Below, in pieces: positions 58,171 through 64,000 of a DNA stretch of 64,000 bases. Each line of letters begins with the position of its first letter. Within the stretch, counting starts at the first letter, position 1. The notes below the pieces were generated by a model. The model was not told the origin of the DNA, did no database searches, and saw only the letters and a list, made by a program, of their open reading frames with translations. Origin of the DNA: the human T2T-CHM13v2.0 reference genome, Homo sapiens; NCBI RefSeq assembly GCF_009914755.1, contig NC_060937.1; one strand, 5' to 3'. The position numbers were made by a program, and so were the translations under genes.

Positions 58171-61100
58171 CTTCTCACTATTAAAAGACTCAATAAATGA
58201 TGTTTGTTTTTGTTATCAATTAGCTAACCAACTTCATGAGATTATCATTATTATCATCATATTGCATATGATAATGAAGCACAAAAGAAGAAAAATACTT
58301 TTTATTTTCCACCTCCTTTTACTGCACTTTTCCCATTTCAAGTGCCAGTGAAGCTTCTTATTAATATCCAGTCTCAAGAAAAGGTTTGACATTCATCAAT
58401 TATGTCATATAGATTCGGGGTCATATGTTACTTCTCCCAGGAAAATGTGTACTGAATCAAAACATATTCCTATTCTCTTAAAGGTATATGAAGCCCCAGT
58501 GAGAAAACTGAAATTATGATTTAAGGAAAAGAAGCCCTTGAAATATCTGAAATAGCATTATACAGGCAATAAACCTTAGTCTTGTTAGTGGGTTTAGTTT
58601 GGAGTCCACCATTGCCCATGGGCATGGAGATCTGCCAGGGCTCATGTGAGATGATTAGGGCACTGCCTCAGGGGTGCAGAATGCAGAGAGTAGAAGCAGC
58701 CTAGGAGACTGATTAACATTCTTGGCAGAATGTGGTGAGGACTGGCTTCATAACATGCAGTCCGTGACTCAAGATAGGATATGAAAATTAATAGCAGAAA
58801 CCCATGGCTGTACCTTAGGATCAGAATTGTCATAGGAGCATGTTACTCAAGAAAGCAAAATTGCCAGACCCTCTTGTTGGCTTCTTGATATGGTAAATAG
58901 ACAAACCATGCTTCAAAAAAGAAACCTCTGGAATTGGTTTTCCCTCTATGGATCTTTCTGCAGGAATAGCATGCTTCCATAAATAACAATTATTTTAAGG
59001 ATGATCTCTAAGAAAATTTTTTCTTAGGTGGGAGAAATATTCTGCTTTATAAAGTAGATCAGTCTTTTACTAGAAATACTAACTGTTTGAATTCAAATAT
59101 GTGTGCTCAGGTCACTAGATATGCGCCATGAAGAGATTCAGAGGCCTAATGATTTTTTTTTAAATAAATGTATTGCCTAATAGGGTTACTGGCATCAGAA
59201 CATGGGTTAACCCTGTAGTGCTGCTCACTTCTGGTAAATGTTCTCACAATGCTTTTAAGAGAAGGATTGCAAAGATAGAAAGTTTAGCACAATCTTGGGT
59301 ATGTACTAAAGCCAGTTGTGTTCTTGGTGTCTTTTCTGTTTTTTGTTTGTTTTGTTTTGTTTTAGGAGGAGCAAGAGCAAAAACCTGATGTTAATCTGGT
59401 TTACTTTTAGCCACATAGACCTGTTGGATCACATGACTTCAGAAATAATTTTATAAATGAATACATTAAGGCCCAGAGAGTCTGAGTAACTGTCTAATGG
59501 AATCTATAAGAGTCATAGCACTGGACTTTAAATACCTATGATTCCTTTTATCTAGTATCTGTTCCATGTCACTGTTCTAATTCACGTATTCCACCGAGGT
59601 GAAATATAATATTGATTTGAGAGAGCCTGAACATGCATTGAAATCTCCATAAGTGTGTTTGACCTTATTATAAGCACTTTGGCTAGAGGATTCATACTGT
59701 CTGAAAAAAATCAAACATATTTAATAGAGAGCAGCACACAGTATGAGCACTGTCTTAAGATATAGCTTGTATTGAACTATACCATTTTATTCTATAAATA
59801 AACTTAGGAATGATGGCTCATCTTAAATGGTTGTTTTGAGGGTAGCTCTAATTCAGGCAAGAGAATTTGAACTCTGTTTATCAGCTTAAAGGGGAGGAAA
59901 TGCCATGGAAATTGCTAAGGGAAGTTCTGGGTTTGTTGTACTGAAAATAGTTTATAAACAATTTGGTAGCATATTTTCCCTCTAGTTCTGTTTACCCAGT
60001 GGTCTACTTGGGACTAGGAGATCTTTCAGATTTCTGAATCTGTAATTTTCAATTGGATGCTATTACAAAAAAAAAAAGTTGCTACTAATAGCCAAGATGA
60101 AATTCAATAGACTTAGAAAGACAATTTCCTAACAGATAAAACTTAGAATTTTCAAGTGTACAAAGGAAGAAACAGACGGACCAGTAATAAAAGCCTCCAT
60201 TTAGAGGGCTAAAAAATAAATAATGTCGCCATGTTATGCATTGTGATTATGAACTGCTGAATTGGCGTTTGCGGTGACAAGAGTCTCCAATTTATTGGAT
60301 GCATGTCATTGGAATTTGCCCTTTCTTTTTATGTGTCTTTCCATGATGAATGCCAGTGCTGGGAAATGAAGAGCTCTTACCCTTTTCATACTTTGCTGGA
60401 TGCTGGTGAACTTGCCAATTGATGCTTCTATAATTTTTGCTTCAAGGTCACCTGAGTGAACAGAGTCATCCAAACAAGGTCACTGAATACATTGAATGTG
60501 AATCATTCTTTCTTGAAAAGAAAAGTCACAGAAAAATTAGGACACCAGGATATAATTACTATAAGATGGCAAATGGATTAAGAGAATATTTTGTTATAAA
60601 ATATAATTCATTTAAAATAAAAAGTGATAAATAGTGCTTGGACAACTAAGGTCATTTGGTGTGCTCTCAGTAATTCAATTAGGTGAATCTGAAAGTGATA
60701 AGTGCATGGTAAGTGGGAGCTGTAAAAGCACTGGACTGTTAATAATTTGAGACTTTCTCATCCCTTTATGCCGATGAAAGTGGATCAATTATGTGAACAT
60801 GCAGGTCTCCGTATTGTTCTCATTTCACATATGGGCCCTGAGGGAGATTGCACAAGGACCCCAAACGGTGAGACAGAGCCGTGTCTTTTGAAAGAGGTTC
60901 ACTCTCTTCAACTGGATTTTCGATCGGGGAAAAATTTAATAACTGACTTTTTCCCCTTTTTCAAGTCACAATTTCAATGTACTGGGAACAGAGAACTCCT
61001 TAGATTCAGAGGCTCTTCTAAGATCTAGGGCGAGCATTCAACTACAATTTGAGAAGACATTTAGCATTTATTATAGCAAGCTAGGACTAGCTGAGCTTCC

Positions 61101-62179
61101 CTAAGAGTGCAGACCCACTGAACATGTGTGTTAGATGATTGCTGCTTTTTCCACAATAATTCTTAGACTTAGGTGGCCTTCTCTGCATCATCCGTCAGAC
61201 ACTGGGGGTGGAATCTAAATTTAATTCAGCCCAAAGCAAATCTGCTACTAGTATTAATACTTTTCAAATGAAAAGAAATCAGAATACTTAATTTGACAAT
61301 TACAAATACATTTATGAGAATAATGAGACTGTTCTGGAAAATTCTAGAAATATGATTACCATTTGTATGCTGTAACCCAAATCTAAATAGAACTTTAAAA
61401 AAGTGATATCACATGTCTGGTTATCCACAACGTGAGTTGCATCTAAATAAATGAGAATTAGTCATGCTGTTTTATTCTATTCTTCAACAAAGTTGCACAA
61501 AGAAAAAGCAAATTGTCTAGATGCACCCATCCTTTCCTAATGCCCTTTTTTTCAGTATTAGTCAGTTTGACAGTCTGTTTGACTGTTTAAGTGCGATGCC
61601 TTGTACCAAATGTCACCTGGATTAAACAAACAAACAAAATTTTGTATTAGCAAGTCTGGGAAACCACATTGACCATTCTGAAAATCATATGGTGTAAGTG
61701 TTGAAGTATACAGATGTCATAATAACTTTTTTGTTAACGGAAAGCTGAAAGTTTGTAAAAATTATTCTTACAAAGTTGAAACTGACATCCTTTTATAGAT
61801 ATGATGAAGAAGTTTTACCCATTCTCTGAAATGCTAAATGTTTTTTTTTCTGAATCTGTTATACTTTCATTTCACAGGAAAACATAGAAAAAAGGAAATA
61901 AGAGATACTTTGCAACAGTAGCAAAATGATGGTAGCTTGAGAAACTATTCTGGAATTTAGCTTCTTACCTTTATTTCTTCATTTGGAAATCTTCTGAACT
62001 CTTTAATATGGACATTTACCTACATCTTGCCTTTGGTTTTCTTTTTATTATATATCCTTGGGAGATTTTATCCTTTCCTTTGGCTTTAATTACCACTTGT
62101 TAGAAATGATTTCTCAAAATATATTTCATAAGTTTAGTGTTGATCTTTGCACACTATGTATCCAGTAGTGACTAAATAC

Positions 62180-62306
62180 AGTGACTTCAAGTTGGTAGCT
62201 CAAAATTGGCCATGATGGAGCTTTTATACCAGAGAAATTGGCAAATGCTACAAATTACAGTCCCCTCCCCTGGAGTTGGTTGTTAAATATTCACCAGCAC
62301 AACACA
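62180..62306 (-). mobile_element. MER63-like (hAT-Blackjack) fragment
   Basis: Reverse strand gtgctggtgaatatttaacaacc..atttgtagcatttgccaattt..catggccaattttgagctaccaac. Confidence 0.7.
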
Positions 62307-62570
62307 AGCTGTCACCTGAAATTTGTAGTTACACCTCAAATATAACATGCCTAAAATAGAACTTGTTTGTCTAACCAACCATCTCTCACCAAACTCAGAT
62401 TTTCTCTTATTCCCCTAGGGATGTTAGTGTTATTCTACCCAATCTCTTGAGTGCCTCTGGACCCAGTCCTTGGTCCTATTTTTTCTCTGCCAGATCTATA
62501 CCTACTTATTTGGTAATTTCATCTTGTCTCATGAGTTTACCTTCAGTTCATATGCTGAGCACTTTCCACT

Positions 62571-63035
62571 TTCTTTTTTTTTTTTTATTTTATTTTAACT
62601 TCCAGGATACATGTACAGGATGTGCAGGTTTGTTACCTAGGTAAACGTGTGCCATGGTGGTTTGCTGTACCTATCAACCCATCACCTAGGTATTAAGCAC
62701 TGCATGCATTAGCTATTTATCCTGATGCACTCCCTCCCTCTCCCATGCCCCCACAACAGGCCCCAGTCTGTGTTGTTCCCCTCCCTGTGTCCATGTGTTC
62801 TCATTGTTCAGCTCCCACTTATGAGTGAGACCATGCGGTGTTTGGTTTTCTGTTCCTGTGTTAGTTTGCTGAGGATAATGACTTCCAGCTCCATCCATGT
62901 CCCTGCAAAGGACATAATCTCATTCCTTTTTATGGCTGCATAGTACTTCCTAGTGTATATGTACCATATTTTCTTTATCCAGTCTATCATTGATGAGCAT
63001 TTGGGTTGATTCCATGTCTTTGCTATAGTGAATCA
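62571..63035 (-). mobile_element. L1PA (about PA8-11) 3' fragment
   Basis: Peptide WIKKIWYIYT..YYAAIKRNEIMSFAGTWMELE; 14-bp TSD gagcactttc(c/t)act at 62557-62570 and 63036-63049. Confidence 0.93.
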
Positions 63036-63216
63036 GAGCACTTTCTACTATCTATATTGATCTCAGACCTCTCTGCAGACCCCTATATTTGATCTCTTAT
63101 TTAATATTGACACTTGGACATCTTGAGCTCAAAATGTGATGATCTGGACTCCTGATTTTCCCCACAGATTTGCCCCACCCACAATCTTTTCTATCTCACT
63201 TTATGGCAATTCCATC

Positions 63217-63573
63217 TATAATAGTCTGCTCTCACAGTGCTAATAAAGACATAACTGAGACTGGGTAATTTATCAAGGAAAGAGATTCAGTTGACTCACA
63301 GTTCACCATGGCTTAGGAGGTCTCAGGAAACCTACAATCATGGCAGAAGGGGAAGCAAACATGTTCTTCTTAACATGGTGGCAGCAAGGAGAAGTACAGA
63401 GTGAAGAGTGGGGAAGCCCATTATAAAACCATCAGATCTCGTGAAAACTAACTCACTATCATGAGAATACCATGATTCAATTATCTCCACCTGGTCCCTC
63501 CCATGACACATGGGGTTTATGGGAACTACAATTCAAGATGATATTTGGGTAGGGACACAGCCAGACCATATCA
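63217..63573 (-). mobile_element. THE1B/C-like solo LTR
   Basis: gctaataaagacata..gagactgggtaattta..gacacagccagaccatatca; perfect TSD ccatc. Confidence 0.93.
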
Positions 63574-64000
63574 CCATCTCTCTAGTTGTTCAGAAAGAAA
63601 CAAAGAAAACCTTTGAATTTTCCTTGACTCTTCTCTCTGTTTCATGCTTCACATCCAATTTGTCAGAAGGAAAGCCTGTTGCTTCTACCATCAAGATGCC
63701 ACTTGATTCTGTCCACTTCCTCCACCTCCATTACTGTATCCTGATGGGACTATCATCATCTCCCACTTGGATTATGGTAGAAGCTGCTCAAGAGTCTCCC
63801 GTTTTTTATCCTTGCCCCTTTACAGTTCTGCCTCAATGTACACTCAAAGTAAAATTCTTAAAAATATAGGTCAGATAATGTCACTCCCTGACTTGAATTC
63901 TCCAGTGCCTTTCATTTCACTCAGAGTAAAAGCCAAAGTCTTTACTATGGCCTGTAAAATACTGTAGATTTTGCTGTGATCTTATTTCCTGTCATACTCC

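Larger units (their letters stand above)
62310..64000 (+). mobile_element. L2 fragments hosting an L1PA and a THE1
   Basis: ccttgactcttctctct..cacatccaat..gtcagataatgtcactcc..cactcagagtaaaagccaaagtc. Confidence 0.75.

Noticed and set aside
59366-59410. Acceptor followed by EEQEQKPDVNLVYF*
   Set aside because: The pyrimidine tract is a (GTTTT)n simple repeat; donor is weak and no nearby poly(A) signal is evident
60343-60460. ATGATGA...CTGA as a C/D snoRNA
   Set aside because: Terminal stem is mismatched and there are no convincing internal C'/D' boxes; such pairs are common by chance

Overview
This is primate, human-like genomic DNA: AT-rich, CpG-depleted, and well over half transposable element by eye. 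It contains LINE-1 of several ages, AluJ/S/Y, L2, MIR, MaLR and ERV1 solo LTRs, and small DNA-transposon relics. No protein-coding gene, RNA gene, CRISPR array or other prokaryote-type system can be supported. The ORF track consists of decayed L1 ORF1/ORF2 pieces, Alu/LTR frames and chance ORFs. Bases 1-17.2 kb form one nested L1 cluster. Nearly all long L1s lie on the minus strand, which would fit a large intron of a plus-strand gene (inference), and there is one well-formed plus-strand small exon candidate at 24664. Two structural signals stand out. First, a 14-bp direct repeat brackets an L1PA fragment plus about 2.5 kb of an older L1, a probable old 3' transduction. Second, an L1PA inserted antiparallel into an L1PB at exactly the homologous palindromic position. 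Subfamily names come from recalled consensus features, not a RepeatMasker run, and boundaries without target-site duplications (TSDs) are approximate. I found no convincing new biological system.
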